DNA of 63,899 bases, filler included, from Ministeria vibrans ATCC 50519 (Eukaryota > Protista > Filasterea): the NCBI GenBank assembly GCA_943704425.1. It is 4 parts of 4 records of this genome, joined end to end, with 100 filler letters (N's around TTAATTAATTAA, not from the genome) between each part and the next. Parts side by side here need not be neighbours in the genome. Positions count along the whole stretch, not along the records: positions 17,705 to 31,218 come from CALSCP010001405.1; positions 31,319 to 62,433 come from CALSCP010001755.1; 2 more parts are not named here. The stretch is one strand, 5' to 3'. Each line of letters opens with the position of its first letter. The first letter of the stretch is position 1. A program made the translations under genes and the position numbers. Shown in pieces: positions 24,093-38,152 of the stretch. Below the pieces are notes generated by a model, which ran no database searches, had not been told where the DNA came from, and saw nothing but the letters and a program-made list of their open reading frames with translations.

Positions 24093-27000
24093 TCAGCCCA
24101 GGGTCTCCAAAGCCCCAACAGCGACAGCAAGCTACGAAAAAAAAGCACACACCAATCAATACACACAATTTTAAAATCTCTTCTTACATCTCGCTCAGAG
24201 GACAACACCTCTTGGTGCATTAGTTCCTCCTTCTCCTTCTCCTTCGTCAACTGTTTCTGGAGCTCCTGCAATTGTCCCATAATATCATCCTCTTGAAACT
24301 GCAACGTCTGTTGCTCACTACACATGAACAGTAGTAAGAACGAAATGAAAATAATCATTGTTTTGATGGTTCAACTCCTACTTAAGATCACGATCGAGCT
24401 GCGACAGTTTTTCCCGATTCAACTTCATCTCCAAGGAATCGTCGGGCAGCACCGTTTGCATGTGTACCATGGTCGGTAAAACACTCAAAGGCAATGCCTG
24501 TACAGTGCCACGCACATATTAGAAAACAAATATAATTAACTCGAAAAAAAACAAAAAAAAAACAAAAAACAAAAACAAAAACAAAAACAAAAACAAAAAC
24601 AAAAACAAAAAAGGTCAGAACACCGGATTTTTACCGATTTGGGCCACTGAACGCCCGACGAAGTGACAAGCCAGGCAGACTCAAGGCTCAACATGGACTC
24701 GCCCGGCTGTCGCGCGCCCATGAGCCAGCGGTGCATTTGCTCGTCCGACTCCACACACCGCGCACGGCCAACGAGTGCGCCCCAAAGCCCCTTGAAATTT
24801 CCCTTGGGCTGCAGCAGTCCCATAAGTGGATCTCCGTCACCTCCATCGTCGTACCACCGTGCCGGCAGTGTATCCAGTGCCAACACGGGTGGACACAACG
24901 CACTCATCGTGTCGTCCCATCGTGCCATCCACTGTTCCAGCTGGTCCTGTCGCTCAAACACCAGCGCCATCAGTTGCGCACCCAAAAGTCGCTCGAGTGC
25001 CACCGTCACCTTGATCGAGTCAACCGCAGCCAGTTCGTACACACAACCAAGAAAGCCGTCAGGACAGCCGTCGCGTCGCATCCGCATTACAAGCGAGACC
25101 ACCTCGAGCCAGGCCATGCCCTCGACCGGACGCACCTCGCCAGGCGCTACGCTGGTCTGCACCAACAACGCCTGCCCATTCAAGAGGTTCTCACGTCGTG
25201 TCGTGTCACTCGACGAGTCCTCCGCGCGTCGCACCGCAATGCGACGACACGTCTCCTCCATCTCGGCAATGCGCCCTTGAACCGCCTTCACCTGATGCAC
25301 ACACGTCGCCAACGCACTGCGGTTGTCTACCACCTCACCACGCAGTCGTTCCACCTCCTCACGCATCAGACCTCGTCGCACCTCTCGCTCCACCTTCTCT
25401 GCCTCCTCCTGTCCGTTCACAAAGTGAATTTCCTTGTTGTCTGCCGGTGCTACTCTCCCCATATCACCCTCCTCCTCCACACCAAATATCACCGTGCGCG
25501 GGCCAGTCTGCGCAACACCCGTCGGATCCGCAACCTCAAATCTCACCGAACACTCACTCTCATCGGGTACATACTCAATCCCACGCAGTGTCACCACCAA
25601 ACCTTCCACTGTGGGCACCAGCAGCCCCTTGGGCACGCGCGTCCGATACCCATACTCGTCAAACGCCTGCAACACCGCCTTGACTTTATCTTGCTCGCTT
25701 ACCACACTCGTAGGTGACATCAGTCCAGTGCGCAGTCGTCGTACAGGTCCAGCCTACCATGTTTAAAGGGTTGTGTGTTTTGTGAGTGTTTTTGTTTTTT
25801 TTTTTTCTCTCTCTATCACTTTGCTTCTCTCTCTGTCTCTCTTTTTTTTCGTACCCTAACGATAACTTTCAATTCGGTGCAGACCGACACATGACTTGAC
25901 TCAAGTTGCAAATGAAGTTTCAGGGGCAGAATCATTTCAACGCGCACTTTGCGACTAAGATCGCCAGGTAATGGTACGTCGCGAATACACCAAAGTGGAG
26001 TCTTCGTCTTTGCTCCAGTGCTTGGCGTGGTGGATTCTTTGGTTTTCGTCGCCTTCCGCGATTGTTTTTGTTTGCCAGTGCGAAGTCGCTTAAGCTCGGG
26101 GACGCCCGATTCCTCGCCGTTCATGGGATCGTCACAGTCCTCCTCATTGGTGTCGGTGCTCGTCGTCGCGTCTCGGTGTCGTTTCCGCCCTGACCCAGTC
26201 GCACTCGTGACAGTCGCGTCATCAGCGTCGTCGAGGATGGCATGTTGTAGTGGTACAATTGTAGAAAAGGTTGAGCCCATGGACACTTTGATTTTGGCAC
26301 CGCGCAGACAGGACTTCGCCTCGGGCGAGTCGTACACAAGGAGAGTGTTGCGCATACCCAGAATGTCCAGGTACACGACGGGTACGTAAAAGGGCGGCGT
26401 CTGCTGCGATTGAGACGACGACGATGGGGACGACGGCAAACGCACGACGGCCGTGACTGCATCGGGACTGCCGTGCACACGCATGGCGGTGGGGCGCGGC
26501 TCGGGGATCACTTCAATGTCATGCGAGGTTGTAAACTTGCCGGCGGTCACACGGATGGTCAAACGTGTGGGTGCCTTGATGTTGCCCAATAGAGAACAGG
26601 TGTAGCTGCTCGAGCGAGACGCCTCCTGCGACGCGTTGCGGTTGTACTGCAGACGCCACGCATTGACGTCCCCGGGTACAATCTTGACAGCATCGGGACT
26701 GAGTGTGAGCGCGTTGCCAGACACATCCACGAGAGCGACCGACACAGTGAAGAGCTCCTTGTTGACAATTTGGTCGGGTGCGGTCACCTTGACTCCCTTG
26801 GGAGATCCAGGTGACAGCTTGATGGGAATCGAGCAGGAGAGAACTGGAGTGGTATCAGAGGCGTCGGCAGCAGCGGCAGCACTCGAAGTATCGCCGCTGT
26901 CGTCATTGACACTCGCTCCGTTCGCGAGCATGAGGCGCACCATGAGCGCTGCCTTGGCCCGTCGCTCACCAATGGCGCCGTAGATGCCCCAAGACTTGGT

Positions 27001-30000
27001 GGTGAACAAGTTTGACTGGACCTGCATGTTCTTCAACGGCGTCGTCATGGTGGAAAAAGAGCCGTCGGCATCGGGTCGTACATCAAAGCCGTTGCTGCAT
27101 GAAAAGATAAGACTGGCGTTGGGGTAGTCGTTGCGCAACATGCTACAGGGAATTTTCTTGCCAAAGGCGTCACACACGCTAAAGCTGAGCTGTGGGCCGG
27201 TGCCAATGGTGACACTCAGAGGCCCATTGGCGGTGACGAGCGACTCGGGGTGCAACGAGCTGGGCGCGCCAAAGACGGGGCGCACCGTGACACCGGTGAT
27301 GATGCCACAGACGGAGAGGGAAAAGGAGCGCGCGTCGGTGAGAAACGCCACGTTCTGCAGAAGCGCGGGTGTAGCCGTGCCCCCTTGAAGCGGTACCTTC
27401 CAAGGACGATTGTCCGGCCCGATAATGGTGAGATCGTCGGCAATCGACGTGTCCACCGTTTCCGTCTCAGGGTTCACAATTTGCACCTGAAGCGTCGACT
27501 TGAGATCCGCTTCGGTCACAACCGAGTTGGGACGCAACTCAACCGGAGGACTCGCCATAAGCATCATACGCAGTACACGCTTGTGTACACGCATTCGCGC
27601 CAAAATCGACGGACTGGTCACCTGATGGGTCTTGCCATTGACCTTGCGCGTCGACTTGAGCGCGACACTCAGTGTCACCGACGACCCGTAGCCTGCCAAC
27701 ACCTTGACCCAGCTCGAAATGAGTCCCCTCTGTACCACCACGTCTTCACCCAGTGCCGTCGCTTTCTCGATTGCTAAAAACAATAGGAAAAATAACAATA
27801 ATTAATAGTAAAAAAAAATGTTGTTGTTATTATTGTTCGTTCGTTTTGTTGTTTTTTTTTAAAAAAAAAAGTAATACCTGGGTCCTTGAGGCCATCCTCG
27901 TCACCAAAGACGAGCGTGAAGTTCTTGTCAAAAAGATCAGCATCTTCAAAGCGCAGGGGATTCTTGAAGCTGTCGAGAAAGCAGAGGGTGAGCCGCTCTG
28001 AGAGAGAGCCACGTGAGATGGTGGTCGAGCTCAGTTTTAGAGTTTGGTTGTGTGTGTCACACCAGCGCAAGAGGGCCGGTCGACCACTCATGATGCTGAT
28101 ATAGGGACAAGACGTGCTCTCCGAGGTCTTCGCCTGAAGAATATCAGACTCGCCCAGTTGCACCGACGCAACAACATTGTCGACGCGACCAGGAAACTAC
28201 AAAATAAAAGAAAATTAACAATAATAATAATAATAAAAGTAACAATAATACTATAAATTAAATTTGTTTTCTTAATCATCACGTACGGCGGTGCCGAAAA
28301 ACCCCCCACGTAGATAGATCTCGCTCAACTCAATGTCGCCACTGCCTGGATCGACGCGCGCCACCATTTTACTGGTGTCCAGTTCAAAGGAAAACTTGTT
28401 GTCGTCGGTGGCGAGCGACACGGTGTACATGGTGTTGATGGGTGCGAGCAGAACGGGCTTTTGATCGGCACATTCGCCTGACACGTACAGGTTGGGGAGG
28501 ACAGTGCCGGGTGAGACGACCATGAGCGACGCACCGGCCTTGGGCCAGTGTACACCAATACTGTCCGGCGAGCGTGGAGTCACCTTGTACACGACCACCA
28601 ATTTGATGTACTAAAATTAAAAAAAAAATTAAAGCGTTTTACAAAAACGTATTATACATAATTATTTATTTATTATTATTATAATTATAATAATTATAAT
28701 AATAATAGACAGCTCTCCCTTTACCTTGATAGACTTGTCTGGGTTGCGTGGAAAGAACCTGGCCGACTCGGAGGTGTCTGAAATGGGACGGAGCTCAAAG
28801 GTGTACTTGACTTCACCGGACTCGGCGCAGAAGCCCGACATATGGAAGAAGGAGTCTTTGGGATCGAGACCATGGTCGCCTTGCATAAGAAAAAGAAAGG
28901 ACAGACACTTCAGACGACACAATTGGTTGTTGTTGCAGTTTAGTTTCTTTTTTCTACCTTTTTCGGCGAGCCCATAGTAGAGCTTCGCTTCGACGACGTC
29001 CATTGGGTGCCCGTTGACTTCGAGCTTGGTAGCCCAGATACCGTAGCTGAGGGTGCGATCGCCAAGCTTTACCTGGGGCTTCATTGGCTCACCGCCATAG
29101 TTCATGATGCGCAAAAACACGTCAGCTTTGCTGCCTGTGGAGAGAGAAGAAAAGGATGGAAAGAAAAGAGGAGACGATCAAGGGAGACGAGTGGAAGAGA
29201 AGGGTAAAAAGGGTAAAATGAGAAAGAAAAGGGTAAAAAAGTTGTGCTTAGCGCGTTGGCTCACCTTGGACAATCTCGCTGTTGGGTGCACACTTGACAA
29301 TCTCCTTGGGTACACGCTTCTTGTACATGCCGTACGCAATACCATCTTGAGAGTTCTCGTGCTTGCTCACAATGTGGCTGATGGGAAAGTCGGTTAACTG
29401 ATGGGCAAACGGTTCCTAAATCATATAAAGAGTCAGATCCGCATTGTTTTGTTGCTTCTTGTTTTTATGTCAACTGACCTGCACTCGCACGACAGGTCTT
29501 GCGTCGTCCTTGATAAACAGCTTGATAATGCCGGCCATAGGGAATCGGCCCTGCTTCAGAGTGATAAAATCATCCTTCTTGAACACCTTCCCATGCATCG
29601 ACACCTGCTGATGCACCACTTTGCCTTCGCTGTTCAGGAACTTGGCTGAATCAATAAAGTCACACTATAACAAATAAGAAGAGGGGGGAAAAGGAAGAGA
29701 GAAGTGACAAAAAGTGATGAAGAAAGAATGAAAGAAAGGAAGAAAGCAAGGCGATAGAGGAAGGCGACGTATAAAAAGACGCACAATGAGTAAATGACAA
29801 GCATGAATCTCTCCTCTATCCAACCTCATCGTCCATCTTGTGCATCTCAGCAAGCCACTTTTGAAACGAGTCTGTCTCCTTCTTCTTCATCAATCGCTCC
29901 GCAAACTCGCCTTGATTCAATTCGATGAAAATCGCATTCTATAATAAAATTAATAATAATTATTATTATTATTGTGTGTGTGTGTGACATGTTATCAGTC

Positions 30001-31076
30001 GGTAAGTCAACACAATCAATGGATTCTTACGTCTGCGCGAATTTCGCTCTTGTGAGACGACGGAACAAAGTCGTCTGAGAGGAACACAAACAGCTAAAAT
30101 AATGCCAAACAAAATAATATTATAACATATTTAAAACAGCTCATTTGAAACACAAAAAAATCTTTACAGTGACGCGAGTGAGAGCCCGTTGAAGTTGGCG
30201 GGGAACTGCGCTTGCCAGAAACTCAAGACTGATGAAGAAAATAACAAAAACCAATATCATCACTTTCAACTGGCTTTAGTTAAAGTAACTTACACCCCTA
30301 AATGTTGTGACGACAGCGGCAGCACAATTCCGTGCCATATGTACACTGAGCGGCCCTTGGCGCGCTTCTTCATCATCACATCTTGTTCGGAATCCACCGC
30401 GCTCGTCTGCAGAGACAAAAAAAAGCAGTGAAAGGAGAGGGAGAAAGAGAGAGGACGGAGAAAGAAACAAAATGGTGAGAAGAATGAGAAGAAAAAAAAA
30501 GTGATAGAGTGAGTGGGTGAGTGAGAGCAGAAAAAAGAACAAAAAAAGGGAATAAGAATACCATATTATAATATATGTATGTAAATAAGGACGCAAACAG
30601 ATCTCTTTCTCAAACAATAACTCTTACCTCAACGTCAGTAACCGTCTCCTCTCCACGCCACACTGGATGGTACAGTGCGAGAATGGCCGTCTGTTGTCTC
30701 GCCGACTTGGTTCGCACCTGCCACATTCGAGCAGTCTCGTGAATGCTCTAATATGAAGACAAATGAACCCCTCAATACAAAACAAAATTCAACACATTAC
30801 TATGTGTTTTCTTACCACTTCACCCGACTCGTCTGTTTTGTTTTCAAGCAAATTGAGCAGTTCGTTGTGTCGTGCCTCGGTCAAATCTTCTCCGTCAAAC
30901 TCAATGGTGCACAGTGGAGTGCTCTGGAACTCGCTGGGAAGTCTCTCGTGCAACGGCAGAATGTTCGTTCCAAGGAAGAGAAGTGCGTGCTTGAAAGCAA
31001 TGTACCTGCGCACTTCTTCGCGATACGTGTGCTCCCAGTCTCTCGCCAGAATGGGATCCACTTTTGTGATTGAGAT
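24093..31076 (-). CDS. SMCHD1/GMI1-like protein (transducer region, Ig-like linker repeats, coiled coil plus SMC hinge); N-terminal GHKL ATPase not in this contig
   Basis: Exons: VYIWHGIVLP..LEFL..RVTLFVFLSDDFVPSSHKSEI..FQKWLAEMHKMDDE (SMCHD1 FWNGRLIP..FALWLKDCHEKYD; GMI1 RVKCFVDTDAGFSPTPSKTDL..YQEWVLEMH); Ig-like VALVDVSGN, FSVCDAFGK; hinge GFLGCVYELAAVDSIKVTVALERLLGAQLMALVF flanked by coiled coils. Confidence 0.75.
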
Positions 31077-31128
31077 CTACAACGACGTACTAATATTGAG
31101 TACAGCTGTCGATTCTCTGCTAATTTTC

Positions 31129-31208
<80 letters not shown>

Positions 31209-31218
31209 TTTATGCAAT

Positions 31219-31318
31219 NNNNNNNNNNNNNNNNNNNNNNNNNNNNNNNNNNNNNNNNNNNNTTAATTAATTAANNNNNNNNNNNNNNNNNNNNNNNNNN
31301 NNNNNNNNNNNNNNNNNN
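31219..31318. other. Artificial scaffold spacer N44-TTAATTAATTAA-N44
   Basis: Same 100-bp structure as at 17605. Confidence 0.97.
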
Positions 31319-31325
31319 CACACAC

Positions 31326-31371
<46 letters not shown>

Positions 31372-31435
31372 ATACAATTATATATCCGTTCAGTGTGAGT
31401 ATGAGCATGTGTAAATGTGAGTGTGTGAGTCGTCA

Positions 31436-31567
31436 CCAAAAGCGATAGAATTCCACTCCGCCCTGTGGAAGGAACCGCTCCCACGAGCGTTGCGGAAACA
31501 CGGCGTGTGTCACAAAGCAGCTCACGCGACTCGCTCCTCCTTTCTATATAAGTAGACATAGTGCTTA

Positions 31568-31659
<92 letters not shown>

Positions 31660-32300
31660 TAATTTAACAGGTGACTTACAAGGACTACTTTTGCACACTC
31701 GAGAAGAGTTCCGCCTGTCTTGACAAGATCATCGACAATGATGACGTGTTTCCCTTGGGGATTTCCCTCCTTGATGGTCACAACGCGCCGATCGCCATCG
31801 CGGATCTTGGCGCACACCACAAACGAGTCCATTTCCGGTGGGAATTGCTGTTTGAAGCGCTTGAAGGCACCGTCGTCGGGAAACGCCACAACCACGTCAT
31901 CGGGTTGCTCGTCAAGGGTCGCCATGCGGCTGAGCAGCAGCGGGATGGCGGTGGCCAGGCGTGGAAGAATCGTGTCGCCAAAGTAGAAGCGAGTTTGCAG
32001 TGCGTGAATGTCGAATATGACCAGTTGGGGTGGGCCACAGGGTGTTTGAGGGACGGCCGAGAGCACTCGCGCCAGGCTGGACGCTGTGACCACCTGCCCT
32101 TCGGTGTCGACGCGCTCCAGCGTCCCCGTTGGGAAGTATGGCAACACAATGGTGAAGGAACGCGCAAGGTAGCGCGGGATGTCGTAGATGACGGCGAGTT
32201 GTTCGAAAATGGTCACAGGCGCTTGCAGGTCCACCAGCAGCATAACATCTCGACCAGCCATAGAGTCGACATTCTCAATAAATATGCTGGAATGTCAAGG

Positions 32301-32396
<96 letters not shown>

Positions 32397-32721
32397 GAGG
32401 GTGAGGGAGGGCGAGGGACGGTGGGAGAGGGCGAGGGAGAGTCAGGGGAAAGCGAGCGGCGACTGAGTAAGAGTAAGAGTGAAGTTGAGAGCGAATGTTT
32501 GTCGCGCGCCCGTTCCTTTTTCGTTTTGGCGCATATTACTTGGGAAAGCCGTCTTCAAAGAACCTCCAGCGGATATCGTCGCGAAACTCGACGCCTCTTC
32601 GGGGCTTTGACGACGCCTGTCTCTTTGCTTCGGACGCTTCGTAGATGCGATCTGCAAGAAGACGCATTCGCGGATGGCAGAAGAGGACCAAGTCCTGGTC
32701 CGAGGAGTGCGACCATTGCAT
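31436..32721 (-). CDS. Ribose-phosphate pyrophosphokinase, class II (plant PRS3/4-like); 3' end lost in gap
   Basis: [11 protein letters not shown]; [34 protein letters not shown]; [12 protein letters not shown]; [11 protein letters not shown]; PRPP-binding [14 protein letters not shown]; [10 protein letters not shown]. Confidence 0.9.
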
Positions 32722-32840
32722 GTTGTACGATGATATTTGTGACTGTGTGTGTGTGTGTGAATCTTCACAAGTCAAAACTTGTTTTGATCGATCTTGAGTC
32801 ACTACTCACAAATTGTTTTGTTTTTCTTTGCTTCAACACA

Positions 32841-34304
<1,464 letters not shown>

Positions 34305-34627
34305 TGATAACAGTAATACATTTAATTATACTACGTGGGACATTTTCGTCTCTTTGAGTAAACTTTTCACCTCATTTGTTTTTAATTTGGCATTTCGTTT
34401 CTTCTGAGCGGTTTCTTTATAAAATTGTGTCAGTGGCATTCCTCTTCAAATTGAGGTTTGCTGTTAAGACAAGTCATAGAGATTTGGATTGTATAATGTT
34501 TACCAAAACAAAGTCATGCTTAGTTTCAGTGATGGGATTGGGTTGCGTCTGAACTTTAATAATTTTGCATTTTGATTTGTACTGAAAGAAAGAACAAATA
34601 CACACAAAACACGCAAATTGAGCACAA

Positions 34628-34710
34628 GCGACAAAATAATTTCTTTCATCCACAAAAATCCATTGGAACAAATTTCCATTTTTAGATTTCCGTTTCACAC
34701 GTTTGTCATT
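34628..34710 (-). promoter_or_regulatory. Type II SECIS element in SELENOF 3' UTR
   Basis: Minus strand: G-UGAA core, helix ACGGAAAUCU/GGAUUUUUGU (10 bp including G-U), unpaired AAAAA, mini-stem UGGAA/UUCCA, 3' core GGAU, lower helix GACAAA/UUUGUC; about 130 nt after the stop. Confidence 0.85.
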
Positions 34711-34830
34711 TGGTTTGTTGAGATTTGGTCAAAAGGGAGTTGCTCTCCCCTTTTCCTTGCTCAACTGGTTCCCATTTGAGTGTTCATCAGAGTTTTGTTG
34801 ACAGTCAGACAAAACAAAAACAAAGTCAAC

Positions 34831-35126
34831 TTAGGTTTCGAGTTTCGTTTCGAACAGCTCAGCAAACATCTCCACAGTCCAATTGGTAATGTCAATCGGC
34901 TCAGATTCTACACACAAAAAGAGAAACAAAAAGACGTAACATAAAAAAGAAATCAGACATATTGACTATTGAGGTATGAACTCAGTTTCAACGTACGTTC
35001 GTCGCCATACGCACAACGAAGCGACGGCGACACGCCCTTCTTCACAACCAGCTTGAGCTTGTGGAAGGCGTGGGCCGGCGCTGCGCCACCACCGCTTCCT
35101 CGAACGAAGTCAAGGAGACCCTTAAG

Positions 35127-35158
<32 letters not shown>

Positions 35159-35639
35159 AGAATAGTGCACTGTGACCACACACTCTCTCTCTTGTGACGT
35201 CGTACGGGGTAGCGCCGCAAAGATCAGCCGCAGTACTCCAGCTCACAGCGGCTGAAGCGAACAACGTCCTCGGGCTCCGCCTCGCCCGAAGCGTGCGTGC
35301 AGCACTTGCGGCATTGAGCGCCAATGTCCGATTCGAGTCCAAACTGAACAGCCGCAGAAATAATTGGTTTTACACAGTGACGCAAATAAAACAAAATCTC
35401 ACGGCAGACATACTTGGTTCAGCTCGCGACAGGTTTCGCAGGCAAGACCGTCACCAAAGCCCGCGGCCTCACAGCTCCCTACATCGACGAGTCAATAAGA
35501 AATATAATAAAAAGAAAAAAAAAACGAAAAGGGTTTGTCAAATTGTACCGTCAGGCGCAATATCTGCGTCGCCCACGGCGCCCACCGAGTTGGCGCTGTG
35601 GAATACAACGATCGCAAGGACCGTTAGAACTCGAAGCAT
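34831..35639 (-). CDS. SELENOF: Selenoprotein F (Sep15), 5 exons, Sec encoded by TGA at 35224-35226
   Basis: Signal peptide; CEAAGFGDGLACETCRELNQFGL..CRKCC..LEYCG(TGA)SLRRYP|GLLDFVR..PIDITNWTVEMFAELFETKLET* matches Sep15 LEVCGUKLGRFPQVQAFVR..WNTDSVEEFLSEKL. Confidence 0.92.
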
Positions 35640-35826
35640 ATAATTGATTGATAATTTGATATCAGATATAACATAAATCAAATTGAAATAATTAATTGAG
35701 TGCGAGATCGAGAGCTATTTATTTTATATGAGAGTGACAAAGTGCCTCAGCCAAGTGAGGCAACTTTCAAATGGAACGCTACATACACATCAGCTCTCTC
35801 CAGTGTTTATTATCTTTTGTTATTAG

Positions 35827-37089
35827 TTATTTGTACAGCAGTCTGTCTAATTCCCTATTTCTCAGTCGCGTAGGTCTTCTCACTTTGTCCTGTGCTTCCT
35901 CCAACAATTGAATAAGCTCTGAGTTCCGTCGGTGGTTTGCACGGGCAAAGTTCAAGGCGTAATCAACACACGCGGACACTTGTGCCCGACCATCCTCCAA
36001 GAGTACCCGCACTACCTCTGTGTGGCCCATGGTGCATGCCTCGCGCAATGCGCGACTCATATCGGCGCTTGGGTCAATGGAAGGACACTCAAGAAGCGCG
36101 CGTGTCATTTCGCTAAGATTGCGTGTGCACGCAATGCACAGCAGTGAGTTCATACTTGTGTCGCGTGCTACGGGTTGCATTCGTTCGTCTGCAAGAAGCA
36201 CACGCACTGTTTCGACACGACCCTCACCCACTGCCTGCCGCACTGCATCAAAACCACCCGACCCGGGATCAACGCGTGGGTCGCTGAGCAACACGCGCAC
36301 CACTGCCGTGTTGCCTCGCCTGGACGAATCTCGAATGGCCCATTGAGCTCGCATGGTGGGGTCCACACGTTCGTCTTGCAACAGTAGTGCCACCACATCT
36401 GCATGACCGCCCTTGCAGGCACTGAAGAAAGGCGCGCATTCGTCGACGGAAGGATCCACTCGAGCATCTGCGAGAAGTGCACGGACAATGGAGAGGTTGC
36501 CGTAGACGCACGCTCGTCGAATAGCATTGTTGTCGCGAATACTGGGATCTACCTGGCCGGTGGCGAGTAGAATTTGAACGATGTCCGGCTGGCTGTGTTC
36601 ACACGCAATCAGCAACAAATCAGACTGGATCTCCAACCTCTGATACGAATGATGCGCCAACAGCAATCGTACAATGTTGACATGACCACGGCCGCACGCC
36701 TGTGAAGCAGCTGCATACGACCCAAGCACGCCTCCATCCGCAAGGAGCAGCGTCGTAAGCGATTCAAGACCGAGACGACACGCGTCAATCAGAAGTGCGC
36801 TTCCTCGAAAAACCCGAGGAATACACATGCCGCGACTAATGCGCTCCCTCCACATGGTCGACGCAGCCAGAAGCATCTCAAATTGGCGTGCAGTACGGTC
36901 CTTGTCATCCTGGCTACCGTAGTTTCGCTCGTTGTACGCAATCCCAAATCGAACGCACTTCCATCCATCTGAACTCGAAATGGCAAGCCACCGAGACCAC
37001 GACCAGCGCAGCGCCAGAGTAGTCTTCACGTCGCATTGGCTCAGCACCATGACGAGTATCTCATCGGGCAGATTACGAAATGACACCAT
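35827..37089 (-). CDS. F-box plus ankyrin-repeat protein, intronless
   Basis: FRNLPDEILVMVLSQC..LRWSWSRW; about 7 ankyrin units of the DPSxxDNxAIRxACxxGxxxIVRxLLxDxRV type; ATG 37089 preferred over the ORF-track start. Confidence 0.85.
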   Translation of the reverse strand: MVSFRNLPDEILVMVLSQCDVKTTLALRWSWSRWLAISSSDGWKCVRFGIAYNERNYGSQDDKDRTARQFEMLLAASTMWRERISRGMCIPRVFRGSALLIDACRLGLESLTTLLLADGGVLGSYAAASQACGRGHVNIVRLLLAHHSYQRLEIQSDLLLIACEHSQPDIVQILLATGQVDPSIRDNNAIRRACVYGNLSIVRALLADARVDPSVDECAPFFSACKGGHADVVALLLQDERVDPTMRAQWAIRDSSRRGNTAVVRVLLSDPRVDPGSGGFDAVRQAVGEGRVETVRVLLADERMQPVARDTSMNSLLCIACTRNLSEMTRALLECPSIDPSADMSRALREACTMGHTEVVRVLLEDGRAQVSACVDYALNFARANHRRNSELIQLLEEAQDKVRRPTRLRNRELDRLLYK

Positions 37090-37165
37090 CGAATAATAAA
37101 GAAAATAATTATTAATAATAAATAAAACGAGTCGAGGTTTAACTTTTTCAATTTTATTCGTGAAG

Positions 37166-38152
37166 ATGCGGATCAACGTGTCGGCCATCCTCATGTCGTT
37201 GGCCATGCTTCACTTATTCACGGTTGTATTACTCCTCCGACGGCCTCTTCTGGGCTGTCCCCCGTCGGCCTCCTCGCCCAGCGCTGCAGCGTCCCATCCA
37301 GCAGTGCAGCGCGACGTGTCTGAGCCGCGCCACAGGCTGATTGTGCTCGTGCCTGTGCGCGGCACCACCAAAGAGCTGCTTGTGCTTGTGCACCGCCTGG
37401 GCGCCTTTCTGGAAAAGCATCAGATTGCGTATGAACTGTGGGCCATTGAGCAGCAGAGCAGTGCTGCCGAACGGCGCTTCAACCGCGGCGCCCTGCTCAA
37501 TGCCGGCGTCGTGCTGACGCGCGATCGAGGCGACTACCTGGCGCTGCACGACGTCGACCTCATCCCGCTTGATGAGCGTCTCGACTACGGCTTTCCCGGC
37601 GAGCACCAGCCCATGCACTTGTCGCCTGCGTCGCTCCATCCCAAGTATCACTATCCCGACTTTCTCGGAGGCGTTCTTGTCCTCTCGCGCGCTCTTTATG
37701 TGCGCCTCGACGGCATGTCGAACCTCTTTTGGGGGTGGGGCAAAGAAGACGACGAGTTTGCGCAGCGCTTGCGTGAGCAGAGCATCACCGTCGCTGCACC
37801 GCACAACATTCCGCCGTTGTGGGTCAATCGGCAGCCGGTGGCCGACATAGCGACTCGTCCGCCCGTCTTTGAGCACATTCATGACGATCAGGAGCGTCCG
37901 CGGGACAAAAACCGCATTGGGGATCAGGCGAAACTGAAAAAGGATGCGAACCGCGACAAGTAGTCACTTTATTCATGTTTCGTTACCTGTTTTATTGACA
38001 CAATATATCTCTGTAGATCGTCCGGACTCAACAACGTTGAATTTACCGAAGTTCATCGTATGAAGCTCTCAGTGGAAGGCTATTCGGCGACATTGGTTCA
38101 AGTGGAGGTGCTCTGCGACGAGACTAAAACGCCGTGGTGTCGGCCCGCATAA
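37166..38152 (+). CDS. B4GALT7: Xylosylprotein beta-1,4-galactosyltransferase (GT7), 2 exons
   Basis: Type II TM anchor; HRLIVLVPVR, RFNRGALLNAG, YLALHDVDLIP, LHPKYHY, GMSNLFWGWGKEDDEF, terminal CDETKTPWC. Confidence 0.9.
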
